This document shows, in pieces, positions 22,692 through 34,443 of a stretch of DNA of 64,000 nucleotides. The position numbers and the translations under genes are program-made. Positions within the stretch are counted from its first letter, which is position 1, and every line of letters begins with the position of its first letter. The DNA comes from Macrostomum lignano (lineage: Eukaryota): assembly GCA_002269645.1 (NCBI GenBank), contig NIVC01001775.1, forward strand, positions 1 to 64,000, given 5' to 3'. Under the pieces are notes generated by a model. The model was not told the origin of the DNA, made no database searches, and worked only from the letters and a program-made list of their open reading frames with translations.

Positions 22692-25600
22692 ATGACTAAG
22701 CTCCACGCTGCCAAAGGAGCGACATTCTGTCTGCAAATTAATTTACAGCATTGCGTATCTGCGTCAGTAAATCTGATGAAGATTGCTGAGCTGTACAGGC
22801 CAGGCCTCATCCTGATCCAGGAACCCTGGATGCGCAACGGTAAGTTGCCCAACATTCCCTCTGGCTACTCTGATTTTTATGTGTGTGGCCCGGGGAACAG
22901 CCGCCCTAGAGCGGCTATCCTCGCTGCTAGCCATCTCCAGGCTTGGCTGAGGACTGATCTCTCTGATGGAGACCTTTGCGTCATCCAATCTAATCATCTC
23001 TCTCCGCGTACGTGTCTTGTTGTCTCGGTTTATATCCCAGGCGACAGAGACCCTGCTCCCGAGAGTTTACTGCGCCTTGCGCAGTACTGCGAGTCCCAGA
23101 ACGCTGAGCTGTGCTTAGGGGGCGACCTCAACGCGCACCACAAGCACTGGGGCAGCAAAGATACCAACACTAGAGGAGAAGAGCTTCTGGCCCTCATCTC
23201 TAACACAAACCTCATGCTCTGCAACCGCGGCAGCACTCCTACCTTTAATAATGGCAGATGGACCGAGGTCCTCGACGCCACACTCGTTACCCCAAGACTC
23301 TTTGACAGAGTTGAGGAGTGGAGAGTCTGGTCTGAGGAGCCCTCCCTGTCTGACCACTGCTTTATCGCCTTTAACATCGCGGACACTAAAACCCAGTCTC
23401 CGATCACTTGGAGGCGCAATATCCGCAACACTGATTGGGCGGCCTACAAGGCTGCCCTTGATCTGCACCTGCAGGAACTCACGGACTTACGTCCGATTGA
23501 GACCTGCGAGGATGTAGATCATATGGCTGAGACGCTGACAGGTTGCATTATTGCAGCCTACGTAGCGGCTTGTCCTGCTCGCGCCTACAAAGGCAAGACC
23601 TCGGCGCCGTGGTGGAACCCGGAGCTGGGGAAACTCAGGCGGAAGGCCAAAAGCCTTCATCGCCGTGCCATGAAGACCGGAAACCCGGAGGACATGGAGC
23701 TTTTCCGGCAAGCCTCCCGCAATTTCAAATCTGAAGTGCGCAAGGCCAAGGAATGTAAGTGGCGCCAATTCTGCAATGAATTAGATCAAGACAGACCTAC
23801 TTCTAGGCTTTTCAAGGCCCTTACAATGGACAAAATGTCCAAATTAGCCATGATCAAAAAAGATGATGGCTCTCTTACTAAAGACCCTGAAGAAGTGCTT
23901 CAGCATATGCTCAGCACATTCTTCCCGAGGGTACCTACTGCTAGACCGGAGCCCAACCATTCGATGGATGGAGCCACCCTAGCGGCGGGCATTGTCACTG
24001 AAGACCTAATCGCTCGTGCGGTCAGAACCTTCAAACCCTTCAAATCTCCTGGACCTGATGGTATCTACCCTGTTCTCCTTCGTGAAGCAGCCAAGATACC
24101 CTCGTTCCTGAGACTCACCCGCAATCTTATGCGGGCCTCTATCCAGCTGGGATACGTTCCCAAATGCTGGACTGAAGCTCGGGTAGTCTTTATTCCCAAA
24201 CCTGGGAAGGGTGACTACCAAAGCGTCAAGGCCTTCCGGCCTATTAGCTTAACGTCAGCAATGCTTAAGCTCACTGAGAGGCTTATTCTCTGGCGGCTGC
24301 TGTCCTGCGAGCTGACAGCGATGCCCCTCAGCAATAATCAGCACGCCTTCCGTACCGGGAGGTCGACTGACAGCGCCCTGCATGCGATTGTCGAGAAGAT
24401 TGAAAGGGCGGTACTGGGTGACGGTTACGCTCTGGCTCTCTTTCTTGACATTGTTGGCGCCTTCGACAACGTTATCTTTGAAGCGTTTCAGAGGGCCCTT
24501 CAAAATCGCAAAGCTCATGCTACCCTCATACGGAGGATCATGTACATGATCTCCAACCGTACGGTCACTGCCCAACTTCTTGGGCAAACTGCCTCCACCA
24601 GAGTCTGTAAGGGTGGACCCCAAGGCGGAGTCCTCACCCCGACGCTCTGGAACCTGGTCATGGACGCTCTTTTGAGTGACTCCCGACCCGACCCCGTCTT
24701 CAAAGTCGGGTATGCTGATGACGTCACGGCCATTGTGGCAGGACCGTCTCCCAGCACGCTCAGGGATCTGATGCAGAGCTTTATCCGCAAAGCAGAATCC
24801 TGGGCCAATGACAATGGTCTGGAACTCTCTGAGCCCAAAACCGTTGCCATTATGTTTACCAGCAGACTACGCTGGAACATACGTCCTCTGCAGCTCTACG
24901 GCAGAGATATTGCCTTCGCGCACCAGACCAGATGTCTCGGGGTCATACTTGACCACCGGCTCAACTGGTCCTCCCACGTGAAAGCAAAAGCCAAGCGTGC
25001 CTCAGCCATCCTGGCCCAGCTCCGACGAGCACTTGGCACTTCTTGGGGTCTATCCCCAAAGCGGCTTTGGTGGATCTATACTTCCGTAGTTAGACCTGCC
25101 ATTACGTACGCCTCTGTTGTCTGGGTTAGCGCTACCCAGGTCAAAAGCCATGCAGACCTGCTCAACACGATCCAAGGCAGAGCGTGTAGGCTCATCTGCA
25201 ACGCCACCAGGTCCACGCCCTTTGCTGGCATGGGGGCCTTCCTTAATCTTCCGCCTCTTGACCTCTTCATCAGGGGTGAGGCGGCTAGAACGACGCGGCG
25301 TCTAATTGATGCCGGCGTCAAATTCATTTACATGAGAGCACCTGCTAAGCGGAACCTTGTCCCGCATAGCGATCTGTGCCTCAACTTTCTCAACGAGTGT
25401 CAGGCCAATCGCGTCTTCACCGATGGCATTGCCTCAACGCTCAACCTGAGACAGCGCTACTCCGTAGCTATCGACTCGCGCGATAACATCAATGACCAAT
25501 GGAACCCTGGTGAGCTTCATTGCTACACCGACGGTTCTAAGCAGTCAGCCAACACCGGCTTTGGTGTTGGAATCTTTCTGAACGAGAGGGTCATCGCTAC

Positions 25601-26432
25601 CCACGCTCAGTACACTGGGGTCAACTCCAGTGTTTTCCAAAATGAAGTTCTGGCCATCAGCTCCTGCACTGCAGAGCTTCTCGCCACTGGCGTTACTGGT
25701 AAGAACATCATTTTCCATTCGGACAGCCAAGCTGCCTTGCACGCCATCAGTGGCTGCAGCACCAACTCTGCTACAGTCCTCGACTGTATCAAATTCCTCA
25801 ACGTGTTGGGTTCCGCCAACAAAATTACCCTTAAGTGGGTTCCGGGGCATGTGGGGATCCGAGGAAATGAGTTGGCTGACACCCTTGCAAAAGTTGGTGC
25901 CTCCGGCTCCTCTCTCGGCCCCGAACCTCTTGTCCCGATTCCTGGCTGTGTCATCGACTCGCGCATCAAAGCGTGGATCAGGACTCAGCACCGCTCGACT
26001 TGGGCGAACCGCACGAACTGCAGGCAATCCAGAGGCTCTGTCCCTCAGCCCTCTCACCAGCTCCGGAAGCTCCTCTTGCGCCTCTCGCGCAGAGACATCC
26101 GGGCTGCCACCATGACCCTCTCTGGTCACGGCTGCTTCTCCAGGCACCAGTACCTGCAGGGCAACGCCACCAACGCCACCTGTAGTTTCTGCAACTCAGG
26201 TGACGAAACCGCTGAGCATTTCGTCAGCATCTGTCCCGCCTTCACGCGGGCCAGACTCACTTACCTCGGGCCACACACATCTATTACTGAAGCGTGCAAA
26301 CCCGAAAACTTTAATCAGCTCATGCGCTACCTCCGGGCCACCCGCAGGGCTGAACTCTCCTTTCCAGAGAGCACCATAGCTGCTGGCGACACTGGGGGAC
26401 CTCCCTGGGCGGCGCCAACCCTCCGTCCATAG
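22692..26432 (+). CDS. LINE ORF2, 1246 aa: APE endonuclease, reverse transcriptase, RNase H, C-terminal zinc finger; uninterrupted
   Basis: QINLQH, IQEPW, GDLNAH, SDH (APE); KSPGPDGI, FRPISL, LDIVGAFD, PQGGVLTP, YADD (RT); YTDGSK, SDSQAAL, WVPGHVGIRGNELAD (RNase H); CSFC..ETAEH..C. Confidence 0.97.
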   Translation: MTKLHAAKGATFCLQINLQHCVSASVNLMKIAELYRPGLILIQEPWMRNGKLPNIPSGYSDFYVCGPGNSRPRAAILAASHLQAWLRTDLSDGDLCVIQSNHLSPRTCLVVSVYIPGDRDPAPESLLRLAQYCESQNAELCLGGDLNAHHKHWGSKDTNTRGEELLALISNTNLMLCNRGSTPTFNNGRWTEVLDATLVTPRLFDRVEEWRVWSEEPSLSDHCFIAFNIADTKTQSPITWRRNIRNTDWAAYKAALDLHLQELTDLRPIETCEDVDHMAETLTGCIIAAYVAACPARAYKGKTSAPWWNPELGKLRRKAKSLHRRAMKTGNPEDMELFRQASRNFKSEVRKAKECKWRQFCNELDQDRPTSRLFKALTMDKMSKLAMIKKDDGSLTKDPEEVLQHMLSTFFPRVPTARPEPNHSMDGATLAAGIVTEDLIARAVRTFKPFKSPGPDGIYPVLLREAAKIPSFLRLTRNLMRASIQLGYVPKCWTEARVVFIPKPGKGDYQSVKAFRPISLTSAMLKLTERLILWRLLSCELTAMPLSNNQHAFRTGRSTDSALHAIVEKIERAVLGDGYALALFLDIVGAFDNVIFEAFQRALQNRKAHATLIRRIMYMISNRTVTAQLLGQTASTRVCKGGPQGGVLTPTLWNLVMDALLSDSRPDPVFKVGYADDVTAIVAGPSPSTLRDLMQSFIRKAESWANDNGLELSEPKTVAIMFTSRLRWNIRPLQLYGRDIAFAHQTRCLGVILDHRLNWSSHVKAKAKRASAILAQLRRALGTSWGLSPKRLWWIYTSVVRPAITYASVVWVSATQVKSHADLLNTIQGRACRLICNATRSTPFAGMGAFLNLPPLDLFIRGEAARTTRRLIDAGVKFIYMRAPAKRNLVPHSDLCLNFLNECQANRVFTDGIASTLNLRQRYSVAIDSRDNINDQWNPGELHCYTDGSKQSANTGFGVGIFLNERVIATHAQYTGVNSSVFQNEVLAISSCTAELLATGVTGKNIIFHSDSQAALHAISGCSTNSATVLDCIKFLNVLGSANKITLKWVPGHVGIRGNELADTLAKVGASGSSLGPEPLVPIPGCVIDSRIKAWIRTQHRSTWANRTNCRQSRGSVPQPSHQLRKLLLRLSRRDIRAATMTLSGHGCFSRHQYLQGNATNATCSFCNSGDETAEHFVSICPAFTRARLTYLGPHTSITEACKPENFNQLMRYLRATRRAELSFPESTIAAGDTGGPPWAAPTLRP

Positions 26433-26550
26433 CGACGCGTCGGCCGTTCAGGGACTAGCGGAATGGGCGCCCGCGCCTTCCCGCTGTGTCCCCTCCGGGA
26501 CAGCCCTGCAGCTAAGTCTAAGTCAAAGCCCTGGGCGAGCGGGAAGTAAA

Positions 26551-27124
26551 TGGTATATATTCCCCATTTATTTTGTTGTCTAGCGGGCAAAAGCAAGAGG
26601 TGTCTCGTTTATTGACCGAGGCGAAGCTGAGGTCAATGATCGAGACACCGAGTGCTTTTGGCCCTAGACAGCTAAATGAGTGGGGAATATGATATGTATC
26701 CCCCGTTCGTTGTCTATGGTTGTTGTCTCGAATTTAGCAGCCCGCGGGGCAGCGGGAAATAAATGATTTATTCACCTAGGGAAATAAATGAAAACATGCG
26801 TCACATAGACACTCGCCCGGGGCAAAAGGGGGATACATGGTATATATTCCCCATTTATTTTGTTGTCTAGCGGGCAAAAGCAAGAGGTGTCTCGTTTATT
26901 GACCGAGGCGAAGCCGAGGTCAATGATCGAGACAGCGAGTGCTTTTGGCCCTAGACAGCTAAATGAGTGGGGAATATGATATGTATCCCCGTTCGTTGTC
27001 TATGGTTGTTGTCTCGAATTTATCAGCCCGCGGGGCAGCGGGAAATAAATGATTTATTCACCTAGGGAAATAAATGAAAACATGCGTCACATAGACACTC
27101 GCCCGGGGCAAAAGGGGGATACAT
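26551..27124. repeat. Two tandem copies of a 287-bp unit, each built from two hairpin modules
   Basis: Copies 26551-26837 and 26838-27124 are nearly identical. Module 1 is an imperfect palindrome of about 135 nt centred on ATTGACCGAGGCGAAGCYGAGGTCAAT. Module 2 is bounded by ATGTATCCCCC / GGGGGATACAT. Confidence 0.92.
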
Positions 27125-27610
27125 GAAGTGCTTTAAGACAGACTGCGTTGGCAGTCTTTAGTCTATGACCGGGCCTAAATAATGAGCGACTTCGTAATTT
27201 CAGCCAGGAGTACACCATAAGACTATAAAGTTAAAAGCACTGCATGGTGAAGGAGGAACATAAGCGGATTGTGAAGACGCAGTGCAAACTTTGAACCATA
27301 TAATTATTCTATACAAAAGATGCTACCCTGGACTTCTAGCTAGCTAGCGTCTGAACTGTTGCGTGTATATGTACACTCAGCAACAATAAAAATTTTCCAC
27401 CCTCGCGCCAGCCGTGTATATTTAGAGTTTCAAAACTGGTTTTTGTCGCCAGACTTGTGCCATAGACGATTGATGATTTCGTCAGCACGCACTTGGGCCA
27501 TAGACAAAAACTTTGGTCATAGACGCCAGACAGGTTGAAGGAAACCGTCACATGGAGCAGACAGCAGCAGCCTTACACGAGTCTAAAATCCACGTTCGCA
27601 ACCGAACGTA

Positions 27611-27892
27611 GTGGTTCGCCAAATGACCGACCTGGGACGAGCGCGCGCCATTGGCATTCTGGACGCTGGGATGTCCATCCGAGCTGTTGCTCGCCAAATT
27701 GGGCGGTCGCACACAGCAATCCGCAAAGTGCAGATCAAGTGCAGAGAAACGGGCAGCGTGGCGCACGCCACGCGCGGCCGGCGGCTCAATATGCGCATTA
27801 CAACTAGGAGGGCGGACCAGCGATTGCTGCGAATGGTGAAGGGAAGCCCCACATTGCCAGCCACCCTGCTACGGCTGATGTGGGCTGAATGA
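27611..27892 (+). mobile_element. Tc1/mariner transposase N-terminal (paired-like HTH) fragment
   Basis: RARAIGILDAGMSIRAVARQIGRSHTAIRKVQIKCRETGSV..GR..ITTRRADQRLLRMVK; no DDE domain follows. Confidence 0.8.
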
Positions 27893-28039
27893 ACGTTGAC
27901 CCTTCGCGCGCTAGGGTGGAAACTTTTCAATGTTGCTGAGTGTATATGCTGTATGCTAGAATGCTTATGCGATGTCAATGGTTAGATTACTAAATTACTA
28001 AATTACTAAATTGCTAAATTACTATGTATGTTACTAAAG

Positions 28040-28780
28040 TCTGTCTACCTGAAGACCTCTTGAAAGAGATACAAGAGCACACTTCTGCGGATCCGAACTG
28101 TCATGCGATCAAGGATACGGCATACGAGAAGGAATAGCCGCAATACAGAAGAGAGCTACCTAATCACCTGAAGCTGTTCTGGAACGTTCGACATGATTTG
28201 TCAGAAATGGATAGGCTCGTCATGAAAGATTAAAAAATATTCTTACCTCATGCATGCGAATTGAATTCCTAAATATTCTACATGAAGGCCATGAGAAAAC
28301 TCTACTCAAAGCAAGAGGATTGTATACTGGCCAGAGATGCGCTAAGATACTCAGCATTGTATAACAGCATGTGATTTTGCGTGAGTCATCAAGCCCAACC
28401 ACAGAAAGAGACTCTTATGCAAAGTCCTCATCCGGAATATCCATTTCAGGTATATGGTACGGACCTATACGACTATTAAGAAAACATATTCTTAGTTCTA
28501 AAAGCGTAGTCGACAAATTCAGTCGATGGATCTGTGCCGATAAGCTGAACTCAACCACAGCTGATTGCGTCATTCTACAATTGCAGAAATAATTTTCCAA
28601 TTTTGGAACAACACCGGAGCAACTTTGATGTGACAATGGACCCCCATTCTCATTCAATGCGTTCAAAAGTTTGCCATAAAATTGGGCATATAGTTTCTGC
28701 TATCATCACCGCATTATCCACAGTCCAAATGGTCTCACTGAGAGAGCAGTGCAAACTATCAAGGGACTTTTGAGAAAGAA
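28040..28780 (+). mobile_element. Decayed Ty3/Gypsy integrase fragment
   Basis: Stop- and frameshift-riddled LHEGH..YWPEMR..C..C (HHCC), VVDKFSRW, CDNGPPF, SPHYPQSNGLTERAVQTIKGLL. Confidence 0.8.
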
Positions 28781-28899
28781 TGATTTATTTCCGCACGCTG
28801 CGCGCACTCGTGCATTTGCCATTGACGCACTCGTCAGCGTGCGGAAAGAACATTGTCGGCTGATTTTCCATGCAAGAATGGCATTCTTGCACTCTTTTG

Positions 28900-29152
28900 C
28901 GTGCAGGAATGGATGTCTATGGTAAAATCTCACTGAAAAAGCATTAGGCGCAGAAATGCATTCCTGCACGGTTTTGTGCATTCCTGCACGATGAATCATC
29001 CGACAATGGAATTCCTTCACGTTCACTCGTGCGTGAAGGACATCGTGCACTCGTGCGCTAGCGCGCACTCGTGCAGATGTCATTCCCGCACTCGTGACCG
29101 TGCAGGAATATATCAGTGTTGTTTGATCCATAGACAAAGTCATTCCTGCACG
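28900..29152. repeat. Small inverted-repeat (MITE-like) element
   Basis: GTGCAGGAATGGATGTCTATGG (about 28902-28922) is inverted to CCATAGACAAAGTCATTCCTGCAC (29128-29151); internal CATTCCTGCACG repeats. Confidence 0.5.
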
Positions 29153-32100
29153 GATGCTACGCAGAAGCGGCACAGCTCACAGCAAAACGGCAGAATGAAA
29201 TTGGAGAGTGAGCCAAGGACAACTTGATAACTCAGGACCGGAAACGAGCCAATTCATGGCGAAACAAGTATGAGGCTCGTTTAAAAGCATTGTTCTATGG
29301 CCCATCCAAAGCTACGAAAGCGAAGAAATCTGAGCTGAAAATTGAGTTCTTCGCATGCACTTGCAATTGAGAGAGAGAACTTTTATTCTTGCAGCGTCAT
29401 TTTCTGTTGTGCAAAACTACAATAGTAACCGTGATCGGAATGTTGCAATATTTTCGTTTCCTAAAGATGCAACTGAACGAGAGGCTTGGCGACTGTCTCT
29501 GCCTAATCAACTGACGGTAAGACTTTCTTCAAATGTGCTTTGTGAATCAGATTTAGCCTGGCCACATGAATTCATTAACAATTTTGTTGTTGTTTAGACC
29601 GTGACAGACTACATGGGCGTGTGTGCTAAGCACTGGCCTCAAGATGCACCAATGATAAAAAAGGGAAGAAATGAAAGGCCGCTCCACCGTCAGTTTTCGA
29701 CGGAGTTCCTCAGTCCTGCCTCGTTCATACACAAGGTTTGTGAAGTTCTACTGCTCAAATATTTGCACTCCATCAAATAGGATCGAAACGAAACACTAAG
29801 ATGCGTGCTTGGATATTGCAGTGCGTGCCAGTCAACAGGCTGAGGGAAGGGGCGTGCTGTTGTCCGAACGATGCCTTTTCCAAGATGAACTAGTAGAATT
29901 TCGAGAGCGTGATACGCTGCCATCGTGGACCGAATTCCGAGCATCCATTCACTGTTCAGACGTCATCAAAGCACATCGGCTTATTGTTACCATTGTTCAA
30001 GAGGTGTTTATCTTCTCGTTAACCCTCTCTTCACGGATGGCATGCTGGGCGTACCATATTATTAGAAAAAATAAGCAACACATGTTATTTGTTGCTTAAC
30101 ATGTCTATGGCACAATCTCTTTTTATGAATTCTCAGTTTTCTACACCCCCACAACTCACGGATGGCACGCCCTGCGTGCCATCATAGATCGAAAAACTTG
30201 TTTTTGTGTTTGTTATTCCCTTTTCAGTGTCAGAGGAAATTTTTTTATTTTAAGAATTCGAAATTCTAAGTAAACAGTCTAGCAAAATACTATTACAATA
30301 GTACTGGGATTCGGATAACTGGGATTTTGAGACACATGGGACTTCGACGGACTCGGATTTATACGAACTGGGACTTATACGAACTGTTGAAACAAGCTAA
30401 GGAGTAAAGAAGCTTAGATAATTTAACTAGCACTTCAACATAAAACAAGCGAGAAGTAGCTTACTCTCTTACTTGTAAGAATAGAAAATTGACAAGATAA
30501 TTCGACAGAACGGGATCGATTTAGATGTCAGGAATTCAGATGATTACAGAGTAACAGTAAGTCGACTGTACAATTAGTTCCCCGCGGTAGTGTGCCAGCT
30601 CTGAAAGCAAGGAGCTGCGCAAAGTCCAGGCTCTCCAGGGCAAGCATCACACACGTAGACAGTTCGCTTGGCCGAGCCGTTTCCATAGCAGATTCTGCAC
30701 CGCTTAGTCGGTCTCATATTGGCCTCAGTCGGTGGTAGTTTGGATGGGGTATGCAGCGAGGCAGCTCGACGCTTCGATGTGTTCTGCCGCTTGCCCCGAC
30801 CCGTCTGCTCCATCAGAAGGCGGATCGTAGCCTCCAAGAAGTCTAAGAACTTCATGCAGAAGTTCTTGCCCAGATCGGGATCACCGAAAGCCTATCTCCA
30901 TCACAGTGTCCGTACTAGAAGGGCAAAAGAGATACGCGCTGACATGCGAGCTGGATACTGGAGCGGGTGTGTCCATAATGTCAGGATCCCTCTGGAAACA
31001 GTTGGGTCGACCAGCTCTTAAGAACTCAAATACACAACTGGGTGGCTATGTAAGTGATCACAAGTTCACGGTATTAGGTCGATACGAAGCTGTGGTAGAA
31101 CTGAATGGAAAATATCAGCGCATCGACTTTAAGGTAGTGAAAGGCAGCAAGAGCTATGCCTTGCTGGGGCGAGATGTTCTCTGTGTACAGCTGGACACAG
31201 GACATAATGGGGAAGTCTCCATGGATATGGCATCTCTGGCAGCAAGTGCAACTACAATGGAAGCTCATTTGGAACTTAAAGATGGAGCAGTACCAAAAAA
31301 GTATGTAAAAGCAAGACCGTTACCATTTGCTCAACGTGAAGCAGTAAAAAAGGAATTGGATCGCTTACTTGATGAAGGTATAATCGAAGCTGTGAAATTC
31401 TCGGAATGGGCGTCTCCAGTCGTGGTAGTCGGCAAGCCCAACGGCAGTATCAGGCTATGTGTGGACTATAAGAGTACGCTTAATCCACAGCTGGTCCCGG
31501 ATAGCTACCCGACACCGACCCCGGAGGAAGCGTTCTCGACAGTGGCGGGATGCTTTCGGTACAGTATCATCGATCTAGAGAAAGCGTACAACCAAGTAGA
31601 GCTGGACGATGCATCTAAACCGCTAACCGTGATGTCGACACCATTTGGAAATTTTAAGTACAATAAACTTGTGTTTGGAATAAAAACGGCTCCGAGTATT
31701 TTCCAACGATATATATCGCAAGTGATCCAAGGTATTCCCGGAACAATAGCGTACATGGACGATATATTAATTGGTGGAAGCGATGAGTCAGAGTAGAAAG
31801 GAGGCGAAGAACAAGTACTTTACTGTCTAGCATCGGAAGGGCTAAAGGTAAATGATCAGAAATGCCAACGGAATTTATCTTGAGTCCGGTTTTTGGGTCA
31901 TATTCTGGACAGCGGTCGCATTTATCCTGATGGAGAGAAAGTGCGGGCGATCAAAGAAATGGAAACTCCGAAGAATCTTTCCGAGTTAGAATCATTCCTC
32001 GGACTGATTACGTTCTGCTCGCTATTCATTCCAAACCTTTCTGGAATATCGGCTCCGTTGGTGCACCTGAAGCGCAAAGGTGTGGAGTTTCGTTGGAGCG

Positions 32101-32186
32101 TAAAAGAACAAGATGCGTTCAGAAACATCCAGAAATCACTTTCAGAAGACGCTGCTTTGCATGCGTACGACCCAAAGCTACCGGTT

Positions 32187-32666
32187 GAGCTCGAAGTAGA
32201 CGCTTCGCAGATTGCCCTTGGTGGTGTCCTGAGTCAACAAGGACGTCCTGTCTTGTACATCAGCAAACTTTTGTCATCATCGGAGCTCGAAGTAGACGCT
32301 TCGCAGATTGCCCTTGGTGGTGTCCTGAGTCAACAAGGACGTCCTGTCTTGTACATCAGCAAACTTTTGTCATCATCGGAGCTCGAAGTAGACGCTTCGC
32401 AGATTGCCCTTGGTGGTGTCCTGAGTCAACAGGGACGTCCTGTCTTGTACATCAGCAAACTTTTGTCATCATCGGAGCTCGAAGTAGACGCTTCGCAGAT
32501 TGCCCTTGGTGGTGTCCTGAGTCAGCAAGGACGTCCTGTCGTGTACATCAGCAAACTTTTGTCATCATCGGAGCTCGAAGTAGACGCTTCGCAGATTGCC
32601 CTTGGTGGTGTCCTGAGTAAACAAGGACGTCCTGTCTTGTACATCAGCAAACTTTTGTCATCATCG
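32187..32666 (+). repeat. Five in-frame tandem copies of 96 bp (32 aa) inside the Gypsy RNase H
   Basis: Copies start at 32187, 32283, 32379, 32475 and 32571; unit ELEVDASQIALGGVLSQQGRPVLYISKLLSSS. Confidence 0.97.
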
Positions 32667-34253
32667 GAGCGAAATTATTCACAAATAGAGCGAGAAGCGC
32701 TTGCGATAATATGGGGTGTTAGAAGATGTCATCGTTTTCTCTGTGGCAGAAAATTTAAGCTAATAACCGACCATCGACCTCTCGTTTACATCTTAGCCTG
32801 TGACAAAGAGCTACCATCGAGAGTGTCCGCAAGGCTGCAGAGATGGGCGATATTTCTCACGGCGTACGATTACGAGATCGAGTATCGAAAATCTAAAGCT
32901 ATGGCATCTGACGCGCTCTCAAGATTGGTTCCGCAAGGAAGAAGCGGTGAAACGCTAGAGATTGGTAACATTCACACGGTTTCAACTACAGTGTCTCTGG
33001 AAGAAATCAGGCTAGCAACGAAGCGCGCTTGCGGAATTCAGAAATGCGCTTGCTGAAGAGCGCTATAAAGACAGGAAGCTTCAAACACCCTAGGCTGCAA
33101 CCTTTCAAAAATGTGCGAGAAGAACTTTGTGTTCAGGACGATGTTATTCTTCGAGGCCACAGGATCATTATTCCAAAATCCTTACGCATGAAAGCGATTG
33201 CAGCAGTGCACGAAGTTCATTTGGGAATGTCCCGCACCAAGTCCTTGGCTCGTGCGGAGTTTTAGTGGCCAGCCATGGACAGCGATATCGAACGGACAGT
33301 CGGTTTGTGCCAGATCTTTAGGACCGCAAAACCGCAAAATAGGAATTTTCGCTCCAGTTGGCCTGAAGCTGCGGGTCCTTGGGATCGTGTTCATATCGAC
33401 TTTGCAGGACCGATCGACAACCACTACATGCTCGTTCTGGTAGATTCGTACAGCGGGTATCCTGAAGTCCACGTCACCAAAGATATGACTTCTCGAACTG
33501 TCATTCAGTGCGTCAGAAGGACATTTTCTCAGCTTGGAATTCCAAGGACACTTGTGTCAGATAACGGACCATGCTTTATCAGCAAGGAGTTTACGGAGTG
33601 GTTGGCAGGAATTGACTGTGAGCACCTAACTATTGCAGCTTATCACCCACAAAGTAATGGGGTTGCAGAGCGTTTCGTACGCACGCTAAAAGAAAGCATC
33701 AAAGCAAATGGCTTCAGTCAAGAGTCTGTTGACCGCTTCTTGCTGTTTTATCGCGCATCAGACAACAAAGCGGGATCGTCACCAGCGGAACAGCTGCTGG
33801 GGCACAAGCTCAGGGTTCCGTTTACCAAGAGGCAAGTTGGACTGGAGGATCCAGTTATCTACAAAAATGAGAGAGACAAGCCAATCACTGCAAAACTGCT
33901 TTTGCCTATCGGAAGGAGCATGGCCATGATCAAGACAGATGAACCGAACTCAAAGTATCGGAAGGTTCACTTGGATCAGCTACATCCGTACAGTCTAACC
34001 GGCGAGGAGCCCGCAGAAACCGACAGAATGCCACCTGAAGCTGGCGAGCACCCGGCAGGGAGAAAACAAGAAGAGGAGCCTCCACAAAAAGAGGGGCTGC
34101 GTACACCTCCGATCCCTGAGGTTCCCGAGGATACTATTGAACCCAGGAGAAGCATGCGACTTTCGGAGAAACCCAAAGTTAACTATAAGTGCTAAAATTT
34201 GTTCCCCCGCATTAACTTAAAAAAAATTTTCTTTGCCATTGTAAGGGGGGAGA

Positions 34254-34443
34254 TGTTGGGTGTGGCCATAGACGACTCCGTCGCACACACACCCAGCCAT
34301 AAGCTAAAGAAGCGATGCTTCAAGCTTGGAAAATAAAAAGAACGTTACGAACATGAAATAAGACGCTCGGCTAAGAGTGCAACTTTTAACTTGACCTTGT
34401 TGATCTTGACCCACTGTCTTCCGCTAGAGAAGAAGACATAACA
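34254..34443 (+). repeat. Gypsy 3' LTR (190 bp)
   Basis: Polypurine tract AAGGGGGGAGA at 34243-34253, then TGTT...AACA; AATAAA inside; piggyBac coding sequence resumes at 34444. Confidence 0.85.

Larger units (their letters stand above)
20772..26524 (+). mobile_element. Near full-length non-LTR retrotransposon (APE-RT-RNase H; LOA/R1-group-like)
   Basis: GC-rich 5' UTR from about 20770, ORF1, ORF2, short 3' UTR ending in a (CTAAGT)2 tail at 26512-26523. No TSD identified; 5' boundary approximate. Confidence 0.9.
30860..34443 (+). mobile_element. 5'-truncated Ty3/Gypsy LTR retrotransposon (PR-RT-RH-IN, PPT, 3' LTR), decayed
   Basis: LDTGA protease; RLCVDY, IDLEKAY, YMDD; DAS RNase H; HLG..C..C and HIDFAG/DNGP/SNGVAER integrase. 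Several stops and frameshifts; 5' LTR and gag absent. Confidence 0.95.

Noticed and set aside
20700-26550. Target-site duplication for the LINE
   Set aside because: No direct repeat found between the 5' flank and the sequence after the CTAAGT tail; only a 7-bp inverted match (CATTTAC/GTAAATG).
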